Positions 51,469 through 62,807 of a stretch of 64,000 nucleotides of DNA are shown piece after piece; positions within the stretch are counted from its first letter, which is position 1, and the number at the start of each line of letters is the position of its first letter. Made by a program: the position numbers and the translations under genes. The stretch lies in assembly GCA_000989525.1 (NCBI GenBank), contig LBON01000006.1:7914-71913 (forward strand), given 5' to 3'. Source of the DNA: a candidate division TM6 bacterium GW2011_GWF2_32_72 (GTDB lineage: Bacteria > Babelota > Babeliae > Babelales > GWF2-32-72). Below the pieces are notes generated by a model that saw only the letters and a program-made list of their open reading frames with translations, did not search any database and had not been told where the DNA came from.

Positions 51469-54400
51469 ATGAAAAATAAAATGTTTATTTTATTAACATT
51501 TATACTTGGTTCCATAAACTTCATAACAATTACATCAGGAGATAATATAAAGAACTTTCAATATAACATCCCGGGAATAAATCAACCTTTTGAACTTGCA
51601 ATTCCAACAAATCTTGATTTAACAAAAACAAATATTTTAATTGAAACAATTATCAACACACCTAGCAGCTTTCAACCATTTAAAAACGATCCAACATTAA
51701 ATGCCATTCCATTTATAAATGCAATCAATCTATCTAAAATTAAACTAAGAGCAAAATCTGAAATCATACAACTTATTAAAAACAAACAAACACTTCCTGC
51801 AGAATATATGATTGAAATTGTAGGTGAAGTTAACATGTTCAATAAACCCCTAAATTGCACATTAACTATTAAATTTGAAAAAAACACACTTAAAAATATT
51901 ATTGCCTCAATAATTCTTCCAAACGATTCTAATCTTATTAATCTTTCTCCAGAGCTTACAAATACCACTGCCGCAAAACTAAAATTCAAAAATCTTGGCA
52001 TAATAATTTGTTTAAACGATTGCACAGAAAAGTTTACCGACCTAAATATAAACATCCCCGATTTTAAAGCACCATTCCCAAAAGGCGCCTCCCTAATCGG
52101 AATCATTGAATCGTTTGACCCTAACACACTAATTCAAAATTTACCTAAAGAACTAGATGGTCTAAAAAACACGCCTGCCATATTACTTAAAAAGAATTTT
52201 AATCTTACTGCTCAAAATAAACCAATTGCGAACAATAGCACATTTGAAGTTTATGGCGCCTCCAAAATAAAGGGCATACAAGCACTTTCCTGCTTTTACT
52301 ACGAAACAACAAAAACGCAAAAAAAATATTTTTTCAAATATAAAGGCTTAACAAATGCAAAAAGCATAAATCCATACGATGACATTGAAGAATTAACAAC
52401 TCTAAAATATTTAATACCTGAAAACTTAAAAAATATAAAAGCCGATACCGTTGAATTTAACCTGGTGCTCTATGCAAAAGAAAAAGTAATATACTACACA
52501 ATACAAACCCGCCTATTTGGCATACAACAAACACTTAGTTTTTTTCCAGTAAAAACTGAAGAGGGAAAATCTGGTTTAGTTATACAATCCATGTTTAATA
52601 AAGAAAAAATATCTTTAGCTGAGATGTTTAACATTCTTAAAAATGCAATTATGCAAGAAACACCAGCGTTTACAGCCGCAATATTTGATCAATTCCTTAA
52701 AAATATAATTTTTACATCAACAATATGTTCTTCCTCCGGATTCATCTTTTCATCTTTACCATACATGTTTAATGTAAGCAGAGAATATGGAATAACAACA
52801 TTTAAAACAAATGATGGTTTACCACTTGCTTTAGATAAAGGGCTAACACCATATGGCCGAATGCTCATGGAAGGTGAGATTAAAGTTAATAAAGTTTTTG
52901 GAACAGATAATCTTATTAGTGATATTGGAAAAGAACTATTTTTTATTGGAAATATAAAACCAATGAATTTAAGCCTAATACATTTGATTACTGAGGGTAG
53001 ACTTAAATTTGATTTTCCTTTTATAAAAATTGCGCCCTCCTTATTAAAAACAGAAATTTCATTAAAATTCGGGCTCACAGCAATCACACCAACCGTTGCA
53101 GCAATTGTTGGCGTAAATATACAACCAGAAAAAAACAAGCCGCCACTATTTTTCTCTGGAAGACTGCAAGTCTTCCCAACCGATATGATTATTAGAACAG
53201 CTCTTACAATGCAAGGCGTATGGGAAAATCCATTCGGATTTGAATACCTGACTTTCTATAATATGGCAGGACAACTCGATTGGGATTTTACTGCAAAAAC
53301 TACTGCTGCCACAGGAACAGAAGCCGTGGCAACAGCTGCTTCAGCTGGCGCAGCAACAGGAAAGGGTGGAGGGGCCGCAAGTGGAACCGCAACACCAGCT
53401 CATTTAGTTGGTGTAGGTTTTACATTTGACGTTGAAGTTGGTAAAAAAAATGATCCATTAAAAAAAGAAATTAAATGCGGATTTAATATAATAAAAAAAA
53501 TAACCAACCTTTTATTGAGCATAAAACTTTTGGGAACATTAGGAAAAAAAGATCTAAACCGAACCACAGATTTGCTCATTAATCTTTCCTCAATTATTCA
53601 AACTAGCTTCAATGCTTTCAACCAACAAATACAACTCAATGAAATGCCCGCAAAAAATATTTCTAAAAATGTGCCCGCCAAAGAACAATCATTTCTTGAA
53701 TTATTATTAAATACACCACTGCCTAGCAAAACCGTTTCTTTATCTATAAATCAAGCTATGAATGATATACAAACTTTTGCAAACAAATCCAAAGCTCAAG
53801 GTGATAGTTTGGGTAAATGGATAAAAACACTACCAGAAATGACCTTAATAGATCCTGAATTCAAGTTCGGCTTTAATAATATTGCAATAGGAGAAATCGT
53901 CTACCCACGAGGCATAAAAATTTATGGCATTTTAGACACACTAGGGGCAAAATCTGGGGTCAACATAAAAATAAATACAGATGGCATAATCTGTGAAAGT
54001 TTCATCCCCAAACTTGATCTTGGAGCACTAATTTCCAATGAATTTAAAAATCAAATCATTATAGATGGGGCCGGCATAGATGGAAAATATGGCACAAAAG
54101 ATGATGGTCCAGCAGAAACAATAAAACTCACATTCAAGGAACAAGGCGCTATCTTAACTGGAAAAGTTAATATCAAACCTTTAAACAGTTTTATTGAAAC
54201 TGAAGTTAGAATTCTTAAAGATGAATTCTCATGCAAAGGAATTTACAAACCATATGGCCCAACTTATGAAATTGAATTAGATATTCATGGCGAAATAACA
54301 GATAATAATCCCGATATTTTAATAAAGGGCACATTTAAATCGGATTTATTAAAAGAACTCAACAACCAAATTGAAGCACATCTCAAAGAATTAAATAAAA

Positions 54401-54819
54401 ATAATCCACAACCATTTAAACCAAATCAAAACTTATTTAGCGTAAATTCAGCAACAATTGAACATTCAGTAAGCCAAGCAATTCAAGGAAACAATCCAAA
54501 AATAATAGTTCAAGGTACGGTATTAGGTGAACCACGAACATTCACGATAGAAAGTAATATAAAAGACCTAAAATACTATTCAACCAACATAGCCTCTCAA
54601 ATATATAAAACACTTAATTCTGCGGGACAAAATCCCAGTTTAACACCACCGCCAATACAACCATCTCAAACTACAGAATTAAAAAAAACTGAAGAAAATA
54701 ATACAAGAGCAATCAATAATTTTAATGCTGTTAACAAACCCATAAACGATAGGTTATCTGGTATTATTGAGGCTGCGGCAAAAAAACAACTGCGCATTGA
54801 AATAATGGTGGAAAAATAA
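51469..54819 (+). CDS. Large secreted/envelope protein, paralog B, unknown function
   Basis: ORF 1116 aa with N-terminal MFILLTFILGSINFITITSG. Collinear with 37277-40777 (YGITTFKTNDGLP..TPYGRMLMEGEIKVNKVFGTDNLI, ENPFGFEYLTFYNMAGQLDWD, DGAGIDGKYGTKDDGPAE). Same G/A/T-rich loop position. It lacks the KPxEPx tail. Confidence 0.9.
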   Translation: MKNKMFILLTFILGSINFITITSGDNIKNFQYNIPGINQPFELAIPTNLDLTKTNILIETIINTPSSFQPFKNDPTLNAIPFINAINLSKIKLRAKSEIIQLIKNKQTLPAEYMIEIVGEVNMFNKPLNCTLTIKFEKNTLKNIIASIILPNDSNLINLSPELTNTTAAKLKFKNLGIIICLNDCTEKFTDLNINIPDFKAPFPKGASLIGIIESFDPNTLIQNLPKELDGLKNTPAILLKKNFNLTAQNKPIANNSTFEVYGASKIKGIQALSCFYYETTKTQKKYFFKYKGLTNAKSINPYDDIEELTTLKYLIPENLKNIKADTVEFNLVLYAKEKVIYYTIQTRLFGIQQTLSFFPVKTEEGKSGLVIQSMFNKEKISLAEMFNILKNAIMQETPAFTAAIFDQFLKNIIFTSTICSSSGFIFSSLPYMFNVSREYGITTFKTNDGLPLALDKGLTPYGRMLMEGEIKVNKVFGTDNLISDIGKELFFIGNIKPMNLSLIHLITEGRLKFDFPFIKIAPSLLKTEISLKFGLTAITPTVAAIVGVNIQPEKNKPPLFFSGRLQVFPTDMIIRTALTMQGVWENPFGFEYLTFYNMAGQLDWDFTAKTTAATGTEAVATAASAGAATGKGGGAASGTATPAHLVGVGFTFDVEVGKKNDPLKKEIKCGFNIIKKITNLLLSIKLLGTLGKKDLNRTTDLLINLSSIIQTSFNAFNQQIQLNEMPAKNISKNVPAKEQSFLELLLNTPLPSKTVSLSINQAMNDIQTFANKSKAQGDSLGKWIKTLPEMTLIDPEFKFGFNNIAIGEIVYPRGIKIYGILDTLGAKSGVNIKINTDGIICESFIPKLDLGALISNEFKNQIIIDGAGIDGKYGTKDDGPAETIKLTFKEQGAILTGKVNIKPLNSFIETEVRILKDEFSCKGIYKPYGPTYEIELDIHGEITDNNPDILIKGTFKSDLLKELNNQIEAHLKELNKNNPQPFKPNQNLFSVNSATIEHSVSQAIQGNNPKIIVQGTVLGEPRTFTIESNIKDLKYYSTNIASQIYKTLNSAGQNPSLTPPPIQPSQTTELKKTEENNTRAINNFNAVNKPINDRLSGIIEAAAKKQLRIEIMVEK

Positions 54820-55023
54820 CATTTTATCAGTTATCCACAAATAAACCTTCAATATGCCAAATATATCTTATAACGCGATCTAATAGTCTTTTCTAACAAA
54901 ATATAATCATGCAATTTTAACACTTAAAAAAAGCCTATTTGACAAGAATTGTACGTTTGTTATAATATAAAGAATTAATTGATATATAAACAAATAATAA
55001 CTCTAAATGAGAGGTTTTAAGCA

Positions 55024-55395
55024 ATGAAAAAATCAATATACGTTTCACTTTTATCTTTAATCGCCACCCTGTGTTTAGCATCAGATAAACAAGAAAAAAT
55101 GAAACACGTACAATCATTAGCAACAATAGAAGTTGCTATGTTAATGAACAAGCACAATAATTCAGAATTCGACCCAATAGAATTAAACAAACTTACTAGA
55201 AGTGCCTCAGCTATAATGTTTCAAAATCTCAACAAATGTGGCAGAAAAACACCATTAACAAGAAAAGGCACACCACTAACTCCGAATTTAAAAAGAATTC
55301 AAAGCTTAGATAAACTCAATCTAGATCCTTGTGAAGATGGAGAAGCAGACCGCATAAATTGGTCTCAAACCCCAGTTAAAAACATTAATCTTTAA
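55024..55395 (+). CDS. Small secreted protein, paralog pair member 1
   Basis: ORF 123 aa with signal peptide MKKSIYVSLLSLIATLCLA. The C-terminal LKRIQSLDKLNLDPCEDGEADRINW is related to LKRVQNTYARMSDPLEGGEANYM of the next ORF. It has its own terminator. Confidence 0.65.
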   Translation: MKKSIYVSLLSLIATLCLASDKQEKMKHVQSLATIEVAMLMNKHNNSEFDPIELNKLTRSASAIMFQNLNKCGRKTPLTRKGTPLTPNLKRIQSLDKLNLDPCEDGEADRINWSQTPVKNINL

Positions 55396-55411
55396 TTAAA
55401 CAATACAAAAA

Positions 55412-55443
55412 AGCCTCGACATTAAAATCGAGGCTTTTTTTAT
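55412..55443 (+). terminator. Rho-independent terminator
   Basis: agcctcga-cattaaaa-tcgaggct followed by tttttttat, 17 nt after the stop. Confidence 0.8.
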
Positions 55444-55557
55444 GCCCAAAATTCATCCCCGCCGCCAACAACAATAAAGATCGGTAAAATCATTGACCCC
55501 GCTTATCAAAAAACCTTAAAATTAAAGTATATTATTATATTAAAAAGGGGGTTAATC

Positions 55558-55995
55558 ATGAAAAGCGTCATTATAGCTTTGGTTGCTATATTTTTATTAA
55601 ATGAACCACAAGTACTAATTGCTAAAACTAATCTCACAAAACAAGACACAAACATAAGTTGTAAAAAGCCAACACAATCATCAACAAAAAAAGCACAAAA
55701 TATAACTAATAAAATTACTGGTGTTTCAGTTGCTTCCCTAATTACCCTTGCATGTGGATTTGCCGCAATAAAAAAACAAACAGACCATCCTGAAATAGAA
55801 AAAAATAAAAAAACAACAATTTATGAGCCAGAACAAATCAAATTGCCAACCTCTTTACCTAAAAAAAGAACCATAAATTATTCTGCCAAAGCAGAAAATC
55901 CAGCCCTAAAAAGAGTACAAAATACATATGCTAGAATGAGCGATCCTTTAGAAGGTGGAGAAGCTAATTATATGAAAAAGACCAACAAGCTTTAA
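55558..55995 (+). CDS. Small secreted/membrane protein, paralog pair member 2
   Basis: ORF 145 aa with signal peptide MKSVIIALVAIFLLNEPQVLIA, internal TM VSVASLITLACGFAAI, and a shared C-terminal motif. GGGGG sits 8 nt upstream of the ATG. Confidence 0.65.
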   Translation: MKSVIIALVAIFLLNEPQVLIAKTNLTKQDTNISCKKPTQSSTKKAQNITNKITGVSVASLITLACGFAAIKKQTDHPEIEKNKKTTIYEPEQIKLPTSLPKKRTINYSAKAENPALKRVQNTYARMSDPLEGGEANYMKKTNKL

Positions 55996-56021
55996 ATAAA
56001 AGACTAAACTCTTAAATAACC

Positions 56022-56060
56022 AAATAAAAAGCCTCGCGTTTTCTGCGAGGCTTTTTATTT
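56022..56060. terminator. Bidirectional rho-independent terminator between the small ORF and leuS
   Basis: aaataaaaa-gcctcgc-gttttct-gcgaggc-tttttattt. Confidence 0.8.
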
Positions 56061-56076
56061 ATTAAACTATCAAAGT

Positions 56077-58515
56077 CTAAATCACAAAATTAATCAATTT
56101 GTTCGGTACAAAAATAACACGTTTAATGTCTGCTCCTTCAAGCCATTTGGCAACTTCTTTTCGAGCAAGATTTTCTGCCAAATCTTTTGCGCAATCACGA
56201 GCTACCAATATTGTGCCTCTAGTTTTTCCACCAACTTGAATTCCAATAGTAACTTCATCTTGAATCGCCATTTGAGGATCAAATTTTGGCCAAGCAGAGT
56301 TTTTTAACTTTTGGTTACAGATTTTTTCCATCAATTCACTACCAGCATAAGGAGCCATAATAGAAATAGAGGCAAAAACTTTTTCTGCTGATTCTTTACT
56401 AATTTTCATTTTGTCAGATATTAAATCATTTACAAATTCCATTGCCGCAGCAACGGCTGTATTTGTTTTATATTCAATTAATCTTTCTTGATATTCTTTT
56501 AAAAACCTATGAACTCGCTTTGTTACAATAAGCTCTTCTTTATCTGTATAATTTTTTGTATCTACAAAGAAATTCCAAAATTTACTCAAAAATCTTCTAA
56601 TGCCTTCAATTCCGGCATCCTGCCACTCAACATCAAGTTCAGGTGGCCCCATGAACAACATAAACGTTCTTAGACAGTCTGTTCCATATTTTTCAATGAT
56701 ATCATCCGGATTAACAACATTTCCTTTAGATTTGGACATTTTTTCAACCTGTCCACTTTTTTCTGAATATTTAAGAACCATGCCTTGATTAAATAATTGC
56801 GTAAACGGTTCATTGAAGGGTAAAAAGCCAAGATCATGAAGAACTTTGATGTAAAATCTAGAATAAAGTAAATGCAAAATTGCGTGCTCAATGCCGCCAA
56901 CATAAAAATCAACCGGCAACCAGTATTCCATATCCTTTTTATCAAACGGCTTATCTTTTAAATCAACATTTGGATATCTCAAAAAATACCAACAAGAACC
57001 TGCCCATTGAGGCATTGTATTTGTTTCACGCTTTGCAGCTCCACCACAAGATGGACAAGTTGTGTTAACCCAATCTTTAATTCCCGCCAAAGGAGATTCA
57101 CCAGTACCCGTTGGTTGATATTTTTCAACTTTTGGTAACATAACAGGAAGTTGATCTTCTGGAACTGGTACAACGCCACATTTTTTACAATGAACAACTG
57201 GAATTGGCTCACCCCAATATCTTTGACGTGAAAAAATCCAATCCCTTAATTTATAATTAATTTTTTTAGATCCGATTCTTTTATCTTCCAAAAACTTTAG
57301 CATTTTTTCAAAGCCTTCTGTTTTTGCATCAAGACCATTCAAAAATCCACTGTTTATCATTTTACCGTCACCAGAAAATGCTTCTTCAAGACGACCGGAA
57401 CTATTTATTATTGCATCATCTGAACTAATAACCTGAACAATTGGAAGAGAGTGTTTTTTTGCAAATGCAAAATCTCGTTCATCATGCGCAGGAACACACA
57501 TAATTACGCCAGTACCATAATCTTTTAATACATAACTGGCTAAATAAAGTGGAATTTGTTGACCATTTATCGGATTAGTTGCATAACTTCCAGTAAAAAC
57601 ACCGTCCTTAGTTTTATCAAGCATTCTATCGAAGTTAGACATTTTTTTAACTTGATCTAAATATTTTTCAACATATGCTTTTTGGTCTGCCGTAACAAAA
57701 TTCCAAACATCACTGTGATCTGGAGCCATAACCATAAAAGTTGCACCGAACAAAGTATCTGGTCGAGTTGTAAAAACTTTTAAATTTTTTTGATTATCAA
57801 AAATATCTTCAATTAAAAAATTGACTTCTGCGCCAATGCTTCTGCCAATCCAATTGCGTTGCATCAATTTAACTTTTTCTGGCCAATCAAGTTGATCCAA
57901 ATCATTCAAAAGAGGCTCTGCATATTTTGTTATTTTTAACATCCACTGCTTAATTGTTTTTTGTTCAACCTGTGAACCACATCGCTCACATTTGCCATCA
58001 ATAACCTCTTCATTTGCCAAACCAGTCAAACAAGAAATACACCAATTAATTGGTGTTTCTGCCTCGTAGGCAAGGCCAGCTTTAAACATTTGTAAAAAGA
58101 TCCATTGAGTCCATTTATAATAATTTGGATCTGTTGTGTTTACTTCTTTATCCCAGTCATATATTGCAGTAATTTTACGTAACTGAGCTTTAAAGTTAGC
58201 AACGTTTTCTGCTGTGCTTTTTTCTGGGTGCACACCTTGTTGAATAGCGTAATTTTCTGCCGGAAGACCAAAGGCATCCCAGCCCATTGGATGAAGAACA
58301 TTATAACCTTCAAGCCATTTCATTCGAGCATAAAGATCTGAAAAAACATAACCCTTCCAATGTCCAACATGAAGTCCTGAGCCGGATGGATATGGAAACA
58401 TATCTAAACAATAATATTTTTTACCATCCCCGGTTGGCCTTGTTTTTGCATCGGGCTCTTTTTCCCAAATTTTCTGCCACTTATTTTCAATATCTTTAAA
58501 GTTATATTCCATCAT
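56077..58515 (-). CDS. leuS: Leucine--tRNA ligase
   Basis: ORF 812 aa. [16 protein letters not shown] (HIGH-type), an editing domain ([19 protein letters not shown]), KMSKSKGN, and Zn-finger-like CxxC pairs. Internal track ORFs on both strands are spurious. Confidence 0.97.
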   Translation of the reverse strand: MMEYNFKDIENKWQKIWEKEPDAKTRPTGDGKKYYCLDMFPYPSGSGLHVGHWKGYVFSDLYARMKWLEGYNVLHPMGWDAFGLPAENYAIQQGVHPEKSTAENVANFKAQLRKITAIYDWDKEVNTTDPNYYKWTQWIFLQMFKAGLAYEAETPINWCISCLTGLANEEVIDGKCERCGSQVEQKTIKQWMLKITKYAEPLLNDLDQLDWPEKVKLMQRNWIGRSIGAEVNFLIEDIFDNQKNLKVFTTRPDTLFGATFMVMAPDHSDVWNFVTADQKAYVEKYLDQVKKMSNFDRMLDKTKDGVFTGSYATNPINGQQIPLYLASYVLKDYGTGVIMCVPAHDERDFAFAKKHSLPIVQVISSDDAIINSSGRLEEAFSGDGKMINSGFLNGLDAKTEGFEKMLKFLEDKRIGSKKINYKLRDWIFSRQRYWGEPIPVVHCKKCGVVPVPEDQLPVMLPKVEKYQPTGTGESPLAGIKDWVNTTCPSCGGAAKRETNTMPQWAGSCWYFLRYPNVDLKDKPFDKKDMEYWLPVDFYVGGIEHAILHLLYSRFYIKVLHDLGFLPFNEPFTQLFNQGMVLKYSEKSGQVEKMSKSKGNVVNPDDIIEKYGTDCLRTFMLFMGPPELDVEWQDAGIEGIRRFLSKFWNFFVDTKNYTDKEELIVTKRVHRFLKEYQERLIEYKTNTAVAAAMEFVNDLISDKMKISKESAEKVFASISIMAPYAGSELMEKICNQKLKNSAWPKFDPQMAIQDEVTIGIQVGGKTRGTILVARDCAKDLAENLARKEVAKWLEGADIKRVIFVPNKLINFVI

Positions 58516-58618
58516 CTTCCTTAATATTTTCCCAAAAATAGTTCATTGAATTATTGAGCTTAACACAATATTTTACCGCAGTGAAATCTGATTCAAAATA
58601 TAAAAATTTTGGTAAATT

Positions 58619-59086
58619 TTACCTTTTACTCAACTCCTCATTATATTTAGCCAAAAATTCATTAATAAATTTTAAATCGTTTGATCGAAACCTATTTATA
58701 TCAAGCCATTTCTTTTTTTGATTTTCAACCGCCTTAACAGCTGGCAGTGATGATAATTTCTCAACATCACTCGGCGATGAAAGATCTAAGTTATCTTCTT
58801 CAGAACGCTCTAAACATGAATTAACCAAATTAGAAATAAATTCTTCTGTCGTTGGCATTACGCCACCCTGTTTTTCAACCAACTTATCTGCGGCCTTCAA
58901 CAAATCATCTGTTTTTGGCAAGCGCTCCAAATCTTTTAAGGTGATCGTTCCAATAGAATAAAATTGCAAAATAGCAACGCCAACCTTTAAACCACGTACA
59001 AATTCTGGGCTAATATTTTGATCAGACGCTTCAAGACTAAAAATTAAAACCAATAAACAAACAAAATATATCCTCATAAAAATCAA
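58619..59086 (-). CDS. Secreted protein, unknown function
   Basis: ORF 155 aa with signal peptide MIFMRIYFVCLLVLIFSLEA. Confidence 0.65.
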   Translation of the reverse strand: MIFMRIYFVCLLVLIFSLEASDQNISPEFVRGLKVGVAILQFYSIGTITLKDLERLPKTDDLLKAADKLVEKQGGVMPTTEEFISNLVNSCLERSEEDNLDLSSPSDVEKLSSLPAVKAVENQKKKWLDINRFRSNDLKFINEFLAKYNEELSKR

Positions 59087-59152
59087 TAGCTTCGCTTTTA
59101 AATAAAATATTGTTTAACATAAAATATTAATTCATACACTCAAGGAATAAAA

Positions 59153-59755
59153 ATGAACTTAAAACAAGACGAGTTAATTTTAGCAGTCAAAAAGGATATC
59201 ATACTTCCAAAAAACCTAGCATGGCAAGGATTGCAAATAAATAACTCAGAAAAAATATTAGATTTAATTAATAATAATCAAGACTTTTTATTAAGGTCCT
59301 GCCTAGAAACAGACCCAAATTACAAACAAATAATCTCTTACATGATTTTTAAACATAAAAATAAATATTTCCTAACTCAAAGAAAATCTTCCGCCTCAGA
59401 ACAAAGACTTAAAAACAAGTATTCCCTGGGAATAGGCGGGCATATAAAAAAAGAAGATGTCAATTCAAATTCAGCATTTGATTGGACGTTACGCGAGTTT
59501 GAAGAAGAAATTTTTTATGATGGAAATTTAAAAATTTCTACAATTGGTTTTTTAAATGATGATTCCAATGCCGTTGGCCAGGTACATTTGGGAATGGTTC
59601 TTCTTTTGGAAGGCGATTCACCAAATATACAAATAAAATCTGAATTAAAAAGTGGAACACTTACTACGCTTGCAGAATGTCAAATGCTTTACAAAAATAT
59701 GGAAAGTTGGAGTCAAATTGTTTTAGACTTTTTATTAAAAGAATCTTTACTATAG
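59153..59755 (+). CDS. Nudix-superfamily-like hydrolase (non-canonical Nudix box)
   Basis: ORF 200 aa. GIGGHIKKED...WTLREFEEEIFY resembles Gx5E...REUxEExGU, but the spacer is longer than the canonical 7 residues. Assignment is tentative. Confidence 0.6.
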   Translation: MNLKQDELILAVKKDIILPKNLAWQGLQINNSEKILDLINNNQDFLLRSCLETDPNYKQIISYMIFKHKNKYFLTQRKSSASEQRLKNKYSLGIGGHIKKEDVNSNSAFDWTLREFEEEIFYDGNLKISTIGFLNDDSNAVGQVHLGMVLLLEGDSPNIQIKSELKSGTLTTLAECQMLYKNMESWSQIVLDFLLKESLL

Positions 59756-59804
59756 ATCTTTTATAATTTATAAAAAATCTAATTCACAAAAAAGGGAGAA
59801 CAAA

Positions 59805-60530
59805 ATGTACATTTTAAGAATTGGAAAACTTTTGGATGGACTAAAATATGATACAATTGCAGAGCCAAAAAAATTCAATTATTTTTTTTCAATTATTTTT
59901 TTAATGGTTATTGGAATATTAAGAACTAATTGGATGCAAGAAGTTTATACATATTTTTATGACCTCTTAAACATGGGGATTGTACAAGCCGGTCATAAAG
60001 ATCTTGTTATTCCAATATATAACTATCTTGACCGAATGTTTGATATTACGGTATCTGTAATTGTTTTATGTGGAATAATTATTTGTTATCAAATCAATAA
60101 ACGAGGCGATAATAAATATTTTATTGATCGCTTTGTCTGCCTAAGCATACCTTTATTCATACGCGCAGCATGGATCTTTTTTTTATCATACCTTACAACT
60201 CTCATAGTAACACTTGGCTTTATGACAGCAAAATTACTCGTTGCAGCAAAAGTTCCTGTTAATAAACTTATTGTAGAAAGCATCGCGGCACCACTGATTA
60301 AAAAAGGCTTAGAACCTGTTTCGGCGGCGCTAAGCAAAGATATAGGCATATTCGAACAACTTTCTCAAGCCCAAGGCGTTATTGAAAATTTTGATAGACT
60401 AAGCTTTTGGATGCATATTTCTGCATGTATCTGTTCAATATTAGTTTTCGCAGTATTTTTTACCTGGATGATATGGAGTTTTAAAATAATTGCCAGCAAA
60501 GAAAAAAGTTGTTCTATTAACAAAGCATGA
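59805..60530 (+). CDS. Polytopic membrane protein, unknown function
   Basis: ORF 241 aa with at least five hydrophobic segments (FFSIIFLMVIGIL, VSVIVLCGIIICY, IRAAWIFFLSYLTTLIVTLGFM, ISACICSILVFAVFFTWMIW). GGGAG sits upstream of the ATG. Confidence 0.7.
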   Translation: MYILRIGKLLDGLKYDTIAEPKKFNYFFSIIFLMVIGILRTNWMQEVYTYFYDLLNMGIVQAGHKDLVIPIYNYLDRMFDITVSVIVLCGIIICYQINKRGDNKYFIDRFVCLSIPLFIRAAWIFFLSYLTTLIVTLGFMTAKLLVAAKVPVNKLIVESIAAPLIKKGLEPVSAALSKDIGIFEQLSQAQGVIENFDRLSFWMHISACICSILVFAVFFTWMIWSFKIIASKEKSCSINKA

Positions 60531-60533
60531 ATT

Positions 60534-60866
60534 AGAACTTTTACAAAATCCAAAAACACTGATTTTTCATATCAAAAAAGGACTCGATCCTTCGACCAGC
60601 TCAGGATGAAATCCGTCACATTAATTTATATTTTATTGCGGTGTTCTAGTTCTGTAGCCTTAAACTATGTGATTATTATTAAATTTTTAACATCTTAACT
60701 GAATCAGGAAATAAAAAGAAAGACGGATTTCATCTTAGTATTGAATTAGAAATGATGTCTTCTACGGCATAAACTTTGTTTGTTCCTAAACTTTTCTAAT
60801 GATGTTCACTGATTGTTAATAAAAATAACGTCGAAGGATCTAGTCCTTTAAATAATCTTATAGGCC
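60534..60866. mobile_element. MITE-like inverted-repeat element, copy 10 (carries a private ~95-nt internal module; right arm truncated)
   Basis: agaacttttacaaaatccaaaaacactgatttttcatatcaaaaaaggactcgatccttcgaccagctcaggatgaaatccgtc... An internal gacggatttcat is followed by cttagtattgaattagaaatgatgtcttctacggcataaactttgtttgttcctaaacttttctaatgatgttcactgattgttaataaaaata and then only gtcgaaggatctagtcc. Confidence 0.88.
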
Positions 60867-60881
60867 CTTAAAACAAGTCGC

Positions 60882-60911
60882 CCAGGTTAAGCAACTTTGA
60901 ACTTAACCTGG
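60882..60911 (-). terminator. Candidate terminator hairpin of the 587-aa gene
   Basis: ccaggttaag / cttaacctgg 10-bp perfect stem with a 10-nt loop, 31 nt after the stop at 60942. The T-run on the minus strand is displaced (gcgacttgtttt). Confidence 0.4.
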
Positions 60912-60941
60912 ATACTTTTATTCACCAATTATCAATTCTTT

Positions 60942-62705
60942 CTATTCACCAGTTTTTCTTTTTTTAATAGAAGCTTCAGCAGCTTTTTTATCAACCTCAT
61001 CCCAATCTATTTTTTCAAGGTCGCTTTCATCTAAACCTCTTTTAAAAGACGGCCTCTTCTCTTCCAACGGCATCATTTCTTCCATCGACTTAAGAGTTTG
61101 TACAAAATCTTCTTTCCATTTTTTAAAGTCCTCTTTCATCTTTTTAGATTTTTCAGAACCCTCCAAACTTACTGGGTATGGTCCATGTTCTTGTAAAAAC
61201 AACTCCCATTCTTGTTTTAATGTTTCTTGCCTAATTTTAGCTTTATCGTCTAATTCAACAGGCCTTTCTATTTCTTTTTTCTCCAGAATTGGACCTCTCA
61301 CAAAATTTTCTGACGCTTCACTCTTTTCTATCCAATGGCCAGATTGTCTTTGCCAAGCAATCCCTGTATCCTTACAAGGAACATCCTCTTTTACAAACTC
61401 ATTCAAACGTCTAAGAGAATGCGCCCTATCAGAGGTCACGCGATTCAAGCCACCATTGTCAATCCAGTCCGCCATCATTAAGTTAAATTCTTCATTAAAT
61501 TCTTTTTGGAAATTATCTTTTGCCTCTTTGGTTAGCTCATTTAATCTATATTCAAATATTTTTACACCTATTTCTGGATTAAAGAACTCCGATAAAAGAA
61601 CAATACGCACTTGAAGTTGATCAAGCAATCCATCAAATTTATTTTCAAGATGATGCGGTTTATTTTTAAAACTTAAACCAAAAATTACTATTTTATCTTG
61701 ATTTTCTCTCATGCATTTTTCATCTTTGCATACAATTATATTCTTTAAATCAATTTCTAAAACGGTACCCATCAGATATGCATCAAGAACATCTGATATT
61801 CTTGGATGCCGTTTTTTTGCTTCATCAAAACTGCCAACTAATTTACAACGATAAGGGGTTCCAAAAGAATGCGAAAGATAAACAAAATCATTAACCTTGG
61901 TTTTTGGAATAAATATTTGATACAAAACACCGCCCTTGCTTGAGCCGTAATATTTTTTCCAAATTGAATTTAGTTTATCAATTTTACTTTCCAACAAACC
62001 AATAGATTCGGTAAAAAGCTTCAGCTTCTGAATTATTTTAGCATCAACACTTTTTTTACGTAAAAACATAGAAAAAGATGAATTGGACCACCTTGAATTA
62101 TTACCAAACAAAGTCAAATTAACTGAAAGTAAATCTTTTTTTATGCACCCTAAACTGTCATCCCAGTGACCATCTTTAAATATTTCTTTTTCCCAATAAT
62201 CTATAAATTGATCCTGTGTTATAAATTGCTGCGATACCTCTTTTTTAGGTCTAAACCAAGAAAAATCTTTTGTATGTATTTGTTCATTCACCAGATTTTC
62301 AAACATAGTATAGATTTTAAAAACAAAACCTAAATCTGAATTACCACCATGATAAAAAACATAGTAATCTTGAAAAAATTCCTTTTCGCGCTGCAAAGCT
62401 TTTTCTGCTACTGCAATAATTTTTTGGTCCTCGCCTACGGGCTTCCTATCACCAAGTATAGAAATCATCTCTGCTGGCGAATGCTTTCCAAAAAGCGTCA
62501 TATGTTTTTCTGAAATAGTTTGGCTTTGCAACTGTTCAGAAATATTTTTAACATTTTTCCTGCTCTCTTTATCTTGTTGCTCTTGTTGAAACTCAATATT
62601 TACAGCTCGTTTGTTCAATATATCCTGAGTTCTAGGTAAATTGCTACCCATAATTTGAAGCTGAACACCCAACAAAACCACAAGAGCTAAAAATAATTTC
62701 TTCAT
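60942..62705 (-). CDS. Secreted protein, unknown function (bracketed by two near-identical repeat copies)
   Basis: ORF 587 aa with signal peptide MKKLFLALVVLLGVQLQIMG. No recognisable catalytic motif. The charged C-terminal region ends ...AAEASIKKRKTGE. Confidence 0.8.
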   Translation of the reverse strand: MKKLFLALVVLLGVQLQIMGSNLPRTQDILNKRAVNIEFQQEQQDKESRKNVKNISEQLQSQTISEKHMTLFGKHSPAEMISILGDRKPVGEDQKIIAVAEKALQREKEFFQDYYVFYHGGNSDLGFVFKIYTMFENLVNEQIHTKDFSWFRPKKEVSQQFITQDQFIDYWEKEIFKDGHWDDSLGCIKKDLLSVNLTLFGNNSRWSNSSFSMFLRKKSVDAKIIQKLKLFTESIGLLESKIDKLNSIWKKYYGSSKGGVLYQIFIPKTKVNDFVYLSHSFGTPYRCKLVGSFDEAKKRHPRISDVLDAYLMGTVLEIDLKNIIVCKDEKCMRENQDKIVIFGLSFKNKPHHLENKFDGLLDQLQVRIVLLSEFFNPEIGVKIFEYRLNELTKEAKDNFQKEFNEEFNLMMADWIDNGGLNRVTSDRAHSLRRLNEFVKEDVPCKDTGIAWQRQSGHWIEKSEASENFVRGPILEKKEIERPVELDDKAKIRQETLKQEWELFLQEHGPYPVSLEGSEKSKKMKEDFKKWKEDFVQTLKSMEEMMPLEEKRPSFKRGLDESDLEKIDWDEVDKKAAEASIKKRKTGE

Positions 62706-62807
62706 TAAATTTTCCTTTTTTAAAAACAGTTAATAACTTTTTAAAATGTTAAATTATGCGTAATCAAAAAAGCAACAGATAAGAATAATAAGAAGAAGAA
62801 GAAGAAG

